A stretch of DNA of 64,000 nt. Source: Terriglobia bacterium (GTDB lineage: Bacteria > Acidobacteriota > Terriglobia > Bryobacterales > Bryobacteraceae). This document shows, in pieces, positions 11,004 to 20,564 of this stretch. The DNA is taken from the NCBI GenBank assembly GCA_963737005.1, contig CAVTRD010000005.1, positions 75,891-139,890 of the forward strand, read 5' to 3'. Within the stretch, counting starts at the first letter, position 1. Every line of letters begins with the position of its first letter. The notes beneath the pieces were generated by a model. It made no database searches, was not told the origin of the DNA, and was given only the letters and a program-made list of their open reading frames with translations. A program made the translations under genes and the position numbers.

Positions 11004-13574
11004 ATGGCGCTAAAGGAATACGCGCGGAAGCGAAACTTTGAGGCTACGCCGGAGCCAGCGCCGAAAGAAGTCGAAGCGCAGGGGAGCGGCCGTGGCGGCT
11101 TCTTCTGCGTACAACGTCACGACGCAACGCGGCTGCACTACGATTTTCGGCTGGAGGTGGGCGGCGTCCTGGTGAGTTGGGCGGTTCCGAAAGGCCCGAG
11201 CCTCGATCCTTCTCGGAAGGCTCTTGCCATGAAGGTCGAAGATCACCCATTCGACTATGGGACCTTCGAAGGAAACATCCCGCAAGGCAATTACGGCGGC
11301 GGTAGCGTCATGCTGTGGGACAAAGGCACTTATGAGGTGCTCGGCGATGAGCCCGCACAGAAGCAGATCGATCGCGGCGATTTCAAATTCGCCTTACACG
11401 GCACGAAACTGAACGGCGCGTTCGCCATCGTGCGCATGAAGCATGCCGGCAAGGGAAATGAATGGCTGCTTATCAAGAAAAAAGACGAGCACGTGGTCTC
11501 CGGCTACGATATCAACCAGTTTGCCTGGAGTGTGGCCACCAAGCGAACGCAAGATGAGATAGCCGAGGAAGTGGAGCCGCCTCAGATCAGTGAATACAAG
11601 GGCGCTCGAAAAGCCGCGCTGCCGGAAAATGTACCGCTTATGTTCGCTACTGCGGTCAACAAGCCTCCGATCGGGGCGAATTGGCTTTACGAAATTAAGT
11701 GGGATGGTGTTCGCGCATTATGTCTGATTAAGAATGGCGCGCTTGAAATCCACTCGCGCCGCGGCAACCGATGCGAGCGGCAATATCCGGAGCTTGCGCA
11801 TCTTCCCGAACAAGTACACGCTCAGACCGCCTGGCTCGACGGGGAAATTTGCGTGCTCGACGAAGAAGGGAGGGCGCGTTTCCAAAACATTCAGCCGCGC
11901 ATCCATGCCAATCTAAATGCGGTGTCGCAGTTGGCCGAAACGGCTCCGGCGACGCTCTTCCTTTTCGACCTGCTGTACGTTGATGGGTATGATCTGCGAG
12001 GAGTGGCGCTCTCAGACCGCAAGCGACTGCTGAACATGCTCGTTGTGCCGGACGAACACATTCGACTCTCCGAAGCTTTCGACACAACCGGGGAAGAGAT
12101 GTTCGAAGCCGCGAAGAAGATGGGCCTTGAAGGCATTCTCGCGAAGGATCGCGGCAGTGCCTACGAAGCTACTCGATCCATTCACTGGCAGAAGGTCAAG
12201 GTTTCGAATGAGCAGGAGTTTGTGGTCGCCGGGTTCACCAAAGGCGAGCGCGACTACTTCGGTGCTTTGGTGTTGAGCGTTCATGAAAACGGAGTTTTGC
12301 GTCACGTGGGTCAAGTCGGCACCGGCTTCGATCAAAACATGAGGAAGGATATTCACGAGCGGCTGGAACCGCTTGCGACGAAGACATGCCCATTGACGCC
12401 GAAACCAAAAATCAAGGACGTGACTTGGGTCCGCCCGGAGGTGGTTTGTCAGGTGCGTTTTCTCGAATGGACGAACGAAGGTATGCTGCGTGCTCCCGTG
12501 TTCGTAGCCTTGCGCGAAGACAAGACGTCCGATGACGTGAGCCGCGAAGACCCGATCGATCCGGTCGAAACGCCCGAGCCAATGCTATCGCGCGAGCGTA
12601 TCGAATTGCAGGGAAAGGAAGCCATGGTCGATGTCGATGGGCATCGGCTCAAGTTGACCAATCTGGATAAGACTTATTTCCCCAAGGACGGATGGAAGAA
12701 GCGCGACTTGCTCGCGTTCTATGATGCCGTCTCTGAGTGGCTGCTGCCTCATTTGAAGGACCGGCCACTATCTCTGAAGCGATATCCAAACGGAATCGCG
12801 GACGAGTTCTTTTTTCAGAAAAACGCGAGCAATCACTTCCCGGACTGGATGCGCTGCGAACCAATTTCAGAACATGGCGGCCTGAAGCTCAATCATTATC
12901 CGCTCGCTAATGACCGTGCCAGCCTTCTCTACCTCACGAACCTCGGCTGCATCGACCAAAATCCGTGGATGAGCCGGATAGGCAATCTCGATCATCCCGA
13001 TTGGATGCTGCTCGATCTCGATCCGGTCGAGACATCGTTCGATCAGATTATCGAAGCAACGCTCCTGGTACGCGAAGTGCTCACCGATGTCGGCCTGAAA
13101 GGGTATCCGAAGACAACCGGCGGTGACGGAATGCATATTTATGTGCCGCTCGAGCCGCAATACAGCTTCGAGCAGGTGCGCAGCTTTGCCGAGATCATTG
13201 CTCACCTTGCGATTGATCGTGCTCCGGATATCTTTACGACTCCAAGGAGCGTGGATAAGCGAAAAAAAGAGCGCGTCTATTTTGATTATCTGCAGATTGG
13301 AACCGGCAAAACGATTGCTGCGCCTTATGTCATCCGCGCTTACGATGGCGCGCCTGTCGCGACACCGCTTGACTGGAAAGAAGTGAAGCGCGGATTGAGA
13401 CCGCATGACTTTCGTATCGACAACAGCGTGAAGCGATTCGAATCCGTCGGTGACTTGTTCCGGCCGGTACTCGAAGGCGGACAGCGTCTGGAGGATGCGC
13501 TCGAGCGGGTTGGCGGTAGCGAGCCGGCCCCTGCAAAAAAGGCAGTCAAGCGGGCAAAGAAGAGTTCGAAATAA
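11004..13574 (+). CDS. ligD: DNA ligase D (phosphoesterase-ligase-polymerase order)
   Basis: The N-terminal 3'-phosphoesterase domain reads FCVQRHDATRLHYDFRLE...WAVPKGPS. The ligase adenylation motif is LYEIKWDGVRAL. The C-terminal primase-polymerase domain reads LKLTNLDKTYFP...GGDGMHIYVPL. Confidence 0.9.
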   Translation: MALKEYARKRNFEATPEPAPKEVEAQGSGRGGFFCVQRHDATRLHYDFRLEVGGVLVSWAVPKGPSLDPSRKALAMKVEDHPFDYGTFEGNIPQGNYGGGSVMLWDKGTYEVLGDEPAQKQIDRGDFKFALHGTKLNGAFAIVRMKHAGKGNEWLLIKKKDEHVVSGYDINQFAWSVATKRTQDEIAEEVEPPQISEYKGARKAALPENVPLMFATAVNKPPIGANWLYEIKWDGVRALCLIKNGALEIHSRRGNRCERQYPELAHLPEQVHAQTAWLDGEICVLDEEGRARFQNIQPRIHANLNAVSQLAETAPATLFLFDLLYVDGYDLRGVALSDRKRLLNMLVVPDEHIRLSEAFDTTGEEMFEAAKKMGLEGILAKDRGSAYEATRSIHWQKVKVSNEQEFVVAGFTKGERDYFGALVLSVHENGVLRHVGQVGTGFDQNMRKDIHERLEPLATKTCPLTPKPKIKDVTWVRPEVVCQVRFLEWTNEGMLRAPVFVALREDKTSDDVSREDPIDPVETPEPMLSRERIELQGKEAMVDVDGHRLKLTNLDKTYFPKDGWKKRDLLAFYDAVSEWLLPHLKDRPLSLKRYPNGIADEFFFQKNASNHFPDWMRCEPISEHGGLKLNHYPLANDRASLLYLTNLGCIDQNPWMSRIGNLDHPDWMLLDLDPVETSFDQIIEATLLVREVLTDVGLKGYPKTTGGDGMHIYVPLEPQYSFEQVRSFAEIIAHLAIDRAPDIFTTPRSVDKRKKERVYFDYLQIGTGKTIAAPYVIRAYDGAPVATPLDWKEVKRGLRPHDFRIDNSVKRFESVGDLFRPVLEGGQRLEDALERVGGSEPAPAKKAVKRAKKSSK

Positions 13575-14349
13575 GGCAGGACCATCCGTCTTTTTCAAGC
13601 ACTGCCTGAGCTGGGAATATGCCCTCGATAGCCGCCCGCTCCCCGTCGGGAAAACCGGTCAGAATGAATGTGCCACCCGGCTTCAGGACGCGGAGTAGCT
13701 CATCGGCGATTGAGAGTAGCACCGTCGCGCTTATATTTGCGACGACAACAGAAAAACTTTCGGACCGTAAACACTCGGCGGATCCCGCCACCAGGTCGAG
13801 TTGTAAGTGATTCAACGCGAAGTTCTCGCGGGCCGTGTTAAGCGCGGATTCATCCAGGTCGACGCCGATTGCAAATGCTCCTCCGAGCAGGTGGGCAGCA
13901 ATGGCGAGAATGCCTGATCCAGTGCCGATATCGGCGACCGTACTTCCCGTGGTGATTGTGCCTTCCAGTGCTTCTAGAGCGAGCTGAGTGCATGGATGTT
14001 CACCCGTGCCGGCAGCCATACCGGGATTGTGAATGAGTCGCATACGTCCGGAAGGCGTGATCGCTTCACACCACGGGGCTGCGAGGAAGAGCTTGCAGCC
14101 GATGGAACGTCCCGGCCACGCATAATGCGTTGCGTCCACCCAGTCTGTTTCGGCCTCACGCACCCATCGAGGGAAATACGGGAGGAAATTCTCTGTCAGA
14201 TCGTCACGTTGTTCTCCGAAGCCGGCAATGAGTTTGACTACCTCGCTCTCTTCTTCAATCTCACGGATTCCTGCCGTGCCAGCCTCCCAAAGCTCGGCCG
14301 AGAGAAGATCGACCTCTTGCGGGTTGCACGTCAAGTGCAGCGAAAACAT
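13546..14349 (-). CDS. prmA: ribosomal protein L11 methyltransferase
   Basis: IHNPGMAAGTGEHPCTQLALEAL...VADIGTGSGILAIAAHLLGGAFAIGVDLDESAL is the PrmA/SAM-methyltransferase signature. The ATG is at 14349. The 3' end overlaps the ligD 3' end by 29 nt (convergent). Confidence 0.85.
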   Translation of the reverse strand: MFSLHLTCNPQEVDLLSAELWEAGTAGIREIEEESEVVKLIAGFGEQRDDLTENFLPYFPRWVREAETDWVDATHYAWPGRSIGCKLFLAAPWCEAITPSGRMRLIHNPGMAAGTGEHPCTQLALEALEGTITTGSTVADIGTGSGILAIAAHLLGGAFAIGVDLDESALNTARENFALNHLQLDLVAGSAECLRSESFSVVVANISATVLLSIADELLRVLKPGGTFILTGFPDGERAAIEGIFPAQAVLEKDGWSCLISNSSLPA

Positions 14350-14356
14350 GGTGCCG

Positions 14357-15970
14357 CTATTGACCCGGAGCTGCGAAGCGACGGAAGAAGCTCTGTTCAG
14401 TCCAGTGAGGCGGCTCATTCGCGTCGGCTACCCGGAGCGCAAGGTGCTGCAAGATGTCGTTGAATTGAGCGGCGGCTCCGAGATCGACCGGTTGGCCTAC
14501 GTCGTCGCGCACGCCATGGTAACGGTTGCTGTACCAATCCTTGAACGCCTTTTCTTGGGGTCCACCCGGCAGATAGCCGAATTTGAAAGCGAGCGACGGC
14601 ACGCCCTTTTTGATGAAGCTGTATTGGTCACTTCGGATAAAACGATTTCGATTGGGCTCTTTGTCGGCTTGCACTTTGACGCCTGCCGCTTGGGCGACCT
14701 GCCGGACATCGTCGCCGAGCGTCGATTCGTTCAGGCCCTGAACCTCGAGCCACTTCAGAGGGAACAGCGGCAAGAACATGTCCATATTTAGATCCGCGAC
14801 CAGACGTCCGTGTACCGTGGGATGGGCCGCAAAGTAGGCCGATCCTAACTCGCCCTTCTCTTCCCCCGTTACAGCTAGAAATAGAATCGATCTCTTGCTC
14901 TGTACGCCCGAGCGATGCATCGCCTTGGCAATCTCGATCAGTGAGGCCACTCCCGAGGCATCATCCATTGCGCCGTTATAAATCGAATCGCCGTTGACCG
15001 GTTTGCCCACTCCGAGATGGTCAAGGTGTGCTGAAACGACTACGTACTCGTTCTTGCGCTGTTCATCGCTGCCGGTTTTAACACCGGCAACATTCTTCGA
15101 AGCAATCTGTCGCAAGAAAACAGCTACTTTCGCCCGAATTGATGAGGGAAGCGCGAAATGCGGAAGCGGCTTTTGCGCGTTAGCGGCCGCAAGTATCTCG
15201 GCAAACGTGTGGCCCGATCCGGCGAGCAGGTCGTCTGCTTGAGCGGGGTCCCAGCTTGCGCTAAACTTTTTTCCCGCGCTGGTCTGCATAGATGGATCGG
15301 CTAAGCCCATACTCGGCATACCCCAACTGGCGGCCTGACGGCTCCAAGGAATTTCCATCGTTTTTGGATTGGGTATAGAAATCGTGCCAATGGCGCCGGC
15401 TGCCCGTAGAGCTTTCCAACGTTCTTCGTTCGAAGAGTAGTGCGACCGGAGATTGCCGCCGATACTCTCCGGTCCGCCTGTGAGAAAAGCGACGACCGCA
15501 CCTTTGAGAGAAAGGCCTTGTAAATCGTCGTAGTGAACGTCAGGAATCACCAGTCCATACCCGGCGAACACCACGCGTGCTTCAATCGAACCAACTGAAT
15601 TTTGTGAGTAGCCGAGCTGCACTTCGCCCGGTACCGATATGTTCCGCATATGTCCGGCGTGTACCAAGGCCAAGCTGGATTTTGAAGCGTCGAGTGAAGC
15701 TTCGACGAAGTCAACGGGTTGAAAAAATCCCTTGACCCCTGCCGGTTGCAAACCAGCTTCCGCAAATTGCGTCCGCACATAATCGGCAGCTTTGTCGTAG
15801 CCCGGTGAACCGACATTGCGCCCTTCGAGGTTGTCGCTCGCAAGATACTCGACGTTCTTCCACCAGGCTTTACCGGAAGCTTCCCAGTCGGGCGGTGCGG
15901 CGGCAGATACCCAAACTGCGGCAATCAGAACCAAGACCGGTGCAAGCCAGAATCGATGTTGCGTCAGCAT
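14357..15970 (-). CDS. M28 family peptidase with PA domain, secreted
   Basis: A signal peptide is followed by VVVSAHLDHLGVG...YNGAMDDASGVASLIEIAKAM...FLAVTGEEKGELGSAYF, the M28 zinc-ligand pattern. Confidence 0.85.
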   Translation of the reverse strand: MLTQHRFWLAPVLVLIAAVWVSAAAPPDWEASGKAWWKNVEYLASDNLEGRNVGSPGYDKAADYVRTQFAEAGLQPAGVKGFFQPVDFVEASLDASKSSLALVHAGHMRNISVPGEVQLGYSQNSVGSIEARVVFAGYGLVIPDVHYDDLQGLSLKGAVVAFLTGGPESIGGNLRSHYSSNEERWKALRAAGAIGTISIPNPKTMEIPWSRQAASWGMPSMGLADPSMQTSAGKKFSASWDPAQADDLLAGSGHTFAEILAAANAQKPLPHFALPSSIRAKVAVFLRQIASKNVAGVKTGSDEQRKNEYVVVSAHLDHLGVGKPVNGDSIYNGAMDDASGVASLIEIAKAMHRSGVQSKRSILFLAVTGEEKGELGSAYFAAHPTVHGRLVADLNMDMFLPLFPLKWLEVQGLNESTLGDDVRQVAQAAGVKVQADKEPNRNRFIRSDQYSFIKKGVPSLAFKFGYLPGGPQEKAFKDWYSNRYHGVRDDVGQPVDLGAAAQFNDILQHLALRVADANEPPHWTEQSFFRRFAAPGQ

Positions 15971-16182
15971 GGAATTTCATCATCTCGCATGCGCTGAGCA
16001 GGCACCGCTGCATCGCTAGTATGTTTTTGTATCCGTGCGCAACCGGGCGCTTTTCGAACCGGATGTCCGGAAACGAACAGCTGGGAGAATGCGGTCGCTT
16101 TCAAAGTGCTGAGTCTGGACGTGCGCAGAATGAAAACGGATGGCGACTGGTTTGCAGTTACTGACGCTTAGAACCCTCGCCT

Positions 16183-17328
16183 ATGTTCTCTTCGACCCAA
16201 ATGAAGCCCGGTAGCGGAGTGCGCACTGTTTTGGTAGTGGATGATCAGCCGGACGTGCTCGAGGCTTTGCGTCTTCTTCTTAAGAGCGCCGGGTATGCGG
16301 CTCAGATGGCTAATTCGCCGGAAGGTGCACTGGCCGCCGCCGCTGCGCACAATCCCGACTTGATTGTGATCGATATGAACTACGCGTTTGACACTACTTC
16401 CGGTGACGAAGGCATCGCACTGCTCGACCGTCTGCGCACGCTTCGGCGAGATGTGCCGATACTTGCCATGACCGGATGGAGCACGATCGAACTGGCGGTG
16501 CGTGCTATGCAGCATGGCGCAGCTGACTTCATTACCAAGCCCTGGGACGTACGGCAGCTACTTCAAACATTCGAGAAGCATCTCCATCCGGGAGCAAAGG
16601 CGGGCCAGGCCGAAAGTGCGCACGCGAACGAACTTGCAATTGCCAGGCGTGTTCAGGAAAAGCTGCTGCCGCCAAAGGACCACTTCCTCGCGGGAGTGCA
16701 TTTCAACTGCGCCTTTCTGCCCGCCGGCGAAGTTGGTGGCGATCTTTACGACATTTTCCAAATCGATGCTGACACTATTGCTTTTCTGTTGGCAGATGTT
16801 TCGGGCAAAGGACTTGGCGCAGCGCTGCTTGTAGCTACACTGCAAGCGACCATTCGTGGCCAATTGCACCTTGCTGCCCAACCATCGCATCTGCTAGAGC
16901 AGGTTAATCAATTATTTTTCCAGGCAACCCGCCCCGAGCATTTCGCCACACTCTTCTTCGGCCTCTATCATGCGAAGGCGCGGCAGCTTCGATACGTCAA
17001 CTGCGGTCATCCACCCGCCGTGCTTGTCCGCGGTAACGGGAAAACGGAGCTTCTCGATTCGAATGCGCTCGTGGTTGGCGCTTTTGAGCGCTGCACGTTT
17101 CCCGAAAAGAGCGCGCGTCTCGAAGCGGGCGATCGCCTGGTGCTTTTCTCGGACGGTGTCTCCGAGGCAGGTATGGAGTCAGATGAAGAATGGGTTTTTG
17201 AGGCTGTTCGGATTCTCGGCCGTAATCAATCGCAGCCTTTGGCTGCTTCGCTTGCAACCGCTGCCAAAGCACGCGAAATCCAAGCTGACGACATCACGGT
17301 AATCGACATGCGTGCGCTCTCGGCCTGA
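16183..17328 (+). CDS. fused response regulator receiver / PP2C-type (SpoIIE) phosphatase
   Basis: The receiver domain reads VLVVDDQPDVLEAL...DLIVIDMNY...PILAMTGW...ADFITKPW. The SpoIIE-like domain reads GGDLYDIF...LLADVSGKGLGAALL...LVLFSDGVSE. Confidence 0.85.
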   Translation: MFSSTQMKPGSGVRTVLVVDDQPDVLEALRLLLKSAGYAAQMANSPEGALAAAAAHNPDLIVIDMNYAFDTTSGDEGIALLDRLRTLRRDVPILAMTGWSTIELAVRAMQHGAADFITKPWDVRQLLQTFEKHLHPGAKAGQAESAHANELAIARRVQEKLLPPKDHFLAGVHFNCAFLPAGEVGGDLYDIFQIDADTIAFLLADVSGKGLGAALLVATLQATIRGQLHLAAQPSHLLEQVNQLFFQATRPEHFATLFFGLYHAKARQLRYVNCGHPPAVLVRGNGKTELLDSNALVVGAFERCTFPEKSARLEAGDRLVLFSDGVSEAGMESDEEWVFEAVRILGRNQSQPLAASLATAAKAREIQADDITVIDMRALSA

Positions 17329-17366
17329 CCTGATCGGAAAGTCGCTCTGATAACTTAGCTCCCTGA

Positions 17367-18752
17367 GTGTTGTTTCGCGACAAAGACCGGATCACAGCCG
17401 AAATTAATTACGCTTACGTTATTTTTCTGGCCGCGACGGCCGCGCTTGGCGGAGTTCTATTTGGCTTCGATATCGCAATTATCACTGGCGCAGGTCCGTT
17501 TCTCTCCGAGCATTTCAGGCTGAACGACTTCAGCCTGGGCCTCGCTTTCAGTTCACTGCTCTTTGGATGCGTGGTCGGCTCGGCTGCGGCCGGTCGAGTC
17601 ACTGATTCGTTTGGCCGTCGAAAAATCCTGCTGTGGGTGGCGGTCGTGTTTGCCTGCACATCCGTTGCGACAGGTCTGGCGCCGAATTTCGCGTGCTTTT
17701 TAGGGGCGCGACTGCTTGGAGGTCTGGCAGTAGGCGCCGCTTCCATCCTTTCGCCGATGTACGTTGCCGAAGTATCTCCGCCTGCCAAGAGAGGGCGCTT
17801 GGGAGCGCTGTATCAGCTGTCCATCATCCTCGGTATCTTGCTTTCCTACATCATTAATTATCTGTTGCGCAACAGTGGCCCACAAAACTGGCGCTGGATG
17901 TTTGCAACCGGAGCGGTTCCCGCGTTGCTGTTTTTCGTTTTATTGCTGAGAGCCCCGGAGACGCCGCGCTATCTGGTGATCGCCGGCCGCGAACGCGAGG
18001 CATTGCAGATTCTCGAAAAAACCGCCGGTTTGCAAAGCGCCTCGACCGAGCTTGCTCAAATCCGAACCAGTCTAAGCGACCGGCGGAACGGCTGGAGCGA
18101 TCTCTTTGCGCCGGGTCTTGGCCGCGCAGTATGGGTTAGTTTTGGCCTCGCGATTCTGATTCACGTCTCCGGAATCAACGTAGTAATCGACTACGCGCCC
18201 GCTATCTTCCGGTCGGCTGGATGGAAGATCGATGCCGCCCTCTTTTCAACGTTCATTGTAGGACTTACTAATCTGGTCTTCACGCTCGTGTCTTTCTGGA
18301 TCATCGATCGGTACGGGCGCAAGCCACTCTACATCATAGGTTCGATTGGCATGACATCCGTGCTCGCCATACTAACTGCCGTCTCTTGGTCCGGCTTCTT
18401 TCACGGTTGGATCGTGCTAGTGCTTGTGCTGGCTTATCTGGCCTTCTTTGCTTCGTGCATTGGGCCAGTGTTCTGGACGTTAGTGCCGGAAATGTTTCCC
18501 AACCACATCCGCGGAACAGCCATGACGGTTCCGGTGTTGACACAGTGGATTGCGAATGCTGCTGTGGTGCTATTCTTCCCGCTGGCTTTCAACCAAATTG
18601 GTAAATCTGCAACATTCGCTTTTCTAGCCGTGATGTCACTGGCTCAGGCGATTTTTACCTGGCTTCTTTTGCCGGAGACCAAGAACAAAACGCTCGAGCA
18701 AATCGAAGCATTTTGGGCCAATCGAACAGAAGGGCAGAGCATCCGGCGTTAA
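17367..18752 (+). CDS. sugar porter family MFS transporter
   Basis: Sugar-porter motifs are present: GGVLFGFDIAIITGA, DSFGRRK, PMYVAEVSPPAKRG and PETPRYL. There are 12 predicted hydrophobic helices. GTG start. Confidence 0.85.
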   Translation: MLFRDKDRITAEINYAYVIFLAATAALGGVLFGFDIAIITGAGPFLSEHFRLNDFSLGLAFSSLLFGCVVGSAAAGRVTDSFGRRKILLWVAVVFACTSVATGLAPNFACFLGARLLGGLAVGAASILSPMYVAEVSPPAKRGRLGALYQLSIILGILLSYIINYLLRNSGPQNWRWMFATGAVPALLFFVLLLRAPETPRYLVIAGREREALQILEKTAGLQSASTELAQIRTSLSDRRNGWSDLFAPGLGRAVWVSFGLAILIHVSGINVVIDYAPAIFRSAGWKIDAALFSTFIVGLTNLVFTLVSFWIIDRYGRKPLYIIGSIGMTSVLAILTAVSWSGFFHGWIVLVLVLAYLAFFASCIGPVFWTLVPEMFPNHIRGTAMTVPVLTQWIANAAVVLFFPLAFNQIGKSATFAFLAVMSLAQAIFTWLLLPETKNKTLEQIEAFWANRTEGQSIRR

Positions 18753-18800
18753 TACTTTTCCGTGTTGTCCGGTGGGCACATTTTCCATAACACGTGCACC

Positions 18801-20375
18801 TCACTCTGCAAATAGGATCTTGAAAGCTACTGCGTGCTCAGAAGTCCAATGTTGAGGAGACTGGATGACGAGCCCGTCTTGGGTGAGCTGCCATGTCAGC
18901 GGCTCATGAGTGCCGAGCAACTCGACCCGCGCGATAGGACGTGGTTCAAGGCCCCGAGATGGGGCGAGTGCGCTTATGCGCGTTTCTCTTGGATTATGTC
19001 CCATCACAAATGCGTAGAGCACCCCATGGCTGCTGGTGAACCGTATGTCGGCGCTGGTTAGATCTTTCCGATCCTTTTCGTTGAAATGCTCCGGCGTACC
19101 GTTCATCCCAGCCCCAGCGTTAGCCTTTCGGATGCCTGGTCCCTCACCGAAAATCTTCCATGGACGCGTCGCGTGAATCGCTTCGGAATTCACTTTCATC
19201 CAGTTTGCAATGGCAGAAATGATCTTCAGTTCCTCGTCGTCTGGGGCACCACTCGCCGGCAAAGGTATGTTGAGTAGTAAATTGCCGTTCCGGCTTACGA
19301 TGTCGACTAGTAGGTCGATAACCATCTTGGGTCTCTTGTACTGAATGCCCCGCTTATAGTGCCAATCTCCGATGCACGTATCTGTCTGGAAAGGCCGTGG
19401 TTCAATATCGTCAGCGACTCCGCGCTCTATATCCAAAGTGCAGGCGCCCTGTTCACATTCGCTTCGGCGCTTGGCAGTGTAGACCACATTAACCTGGCCA
19501 TTGTGCCAGCGCAAGCTCTGGTTGTAGTAGTGCGCAACCAGCAAGCGCCCGTAATTACCAAACGGAATAGGGCCATCCTCGTAATAGAGATCAGGCTGAT
19601 GTTGGTCTACCAAATCTTGGGCACGGAGGAACCATTCACGTTTCCAGGCCTCGCTCTCATTGCCTTGTTCGGCCCAAGCCTGAGGACCGGGTGTGTGCGG
19701 CGGAAAATACAAGTCAAAGTTCGCCGGATCATTGCCGTCGTACCGGACGCCAGCATAGGGCCCGTCCTTATCGGATCCCTTGTTCGTTGTCCACCAGTTA
19801 TAACTCGCCCAAACGTGCTCGCTTACGCCGAACTTCAGACCTTGCGCGCGCGCAGCGTTGCGCCACTCTGCAACGATGTCCCGCTTCGGCCCCATGTGGA
19901 CAGCGTTCCAGCGATGATGTCGCGAATTCCACAAATCAAAATTGTCACAGTGCACGCCCATGCTGACGAAGTACTTTGCACCGGCCGTTGCATAGAGCCG
20001 AATCAGGGCCTTTGGATCGAAGCCCTCTGCTCTCCAGAGGGGAATTGTGTCTTTATACCCAAATTTGGACGGATGCCCGTAAGTGGCGAGATGATAGTTG
20101 TACTGCGGCGTGCCCTGGATGTACATGTTGCGGGCATACCAATCCCCATCACCTATTGCGGACGACGGACCCCAATGTGCCCAGATGCCAAATTTTGCAT
20201 CTCGAAACCAATCTGGGCATGAGTAGCTTCTAAACGCATCTTGCCCGGGAGAGAATGGCCCTTTCTGGATCACAACCTCCGAGGCTTGAACGTCGCTGGC
20301 CCCTTTCAGTCGAGCACTGCCGGTGTATAAAGCCGCGCCTCCGGCCCGTATGAGATCTCTGCGTGTCCACGTCAC
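18801..20375 (-). CDS. alpha-L-fucosidase (GH29), twin-arginine leader
   Basis: The GH29 core reads WFRDAKFGIWAHWGP...AGAKYFVSMGVHCDNFDLWNS...SRNGNLLLNIPLP. A GTG start at 20375 gives MTWTRRDLIRAGGAALY. The ORF is open to 20513. Confidence 0.85.
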   Translation of the reverse strand: MTWTRRDLIRAGGAALYTGSARLKGASDVQASEVVIQKGPFSPGQDAFRSYSCPDWFRDAKFGIWAHWGPSSAIGDGDWYARNMYIQGTPQYNYHLATYGHPSKFGYKDTIPLWRAEGFDPKALIRLYATAGAKYFVSMGVHCDNFDLWNSRHHRWNAVHMGPKRDIVAEWRNAARAQGLKFGVSEHVWASYNWWTTNKGSDKDGPYAGVRYDGNDPANFDLYFPPHTPGPQAWAEQGNESEAWKREWFLRAQDLVDQHQPDLYYEDGPIPFGNYGRLLVAHYYNQSLRWHNGQVNVVYTAKRRSECEQGACTLDIERGVADDIEPRPFQTDTCIGDWHYKRGIQYKRPKMVIDLLVDIVSRNGNLLLNIPLPASGAPDDEELKIISAIANWMKVNSEAIHATRPWKIFGEGPGIRKANAGAGMNGTPEHFNEKDRKDLTSADIRFTSSHGVLYAFVMGHNPRETRISALAPSRGLEPRPIARVELLGTHEPLTWQLTQDGLVIQSPQHWTSEHAVAFKILFAE

Positions 20376-20564
20376 AATCGGCTCTAATCCTACACCTTGC
20401 TCAACGCTGAGCGGCGGGGACCTGACCGACGAGGACACCAGCAGGTTGCTCGACGGCGAAGGCAGGCCAGTGCTGTGGCGAAGAGCGCCCGGAGGTGTCG
20501 CCCCAGTAACCAATCGGCTTCGTCGAACATCGTTCTTTGCAGTAGCTTAGGAGATCTGAGTTTC

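Noticed and set aside
12867-13598. A 243-aa ORF antisense to the ligD polymerase domain. Similar long antisense ORFs occur at 19359..20222, 25052..25723, 34927..35508, 36332..37279, 46786..47475 and 57306..58199.
   Set aside because: Each lies fully inside, and opposite to, a gene with strong family motifs. The translations are Arg/Ser/Gly-rich with no recognisable motif. These are the usual stop-poor shadow frames of GC-rich coding DNA.
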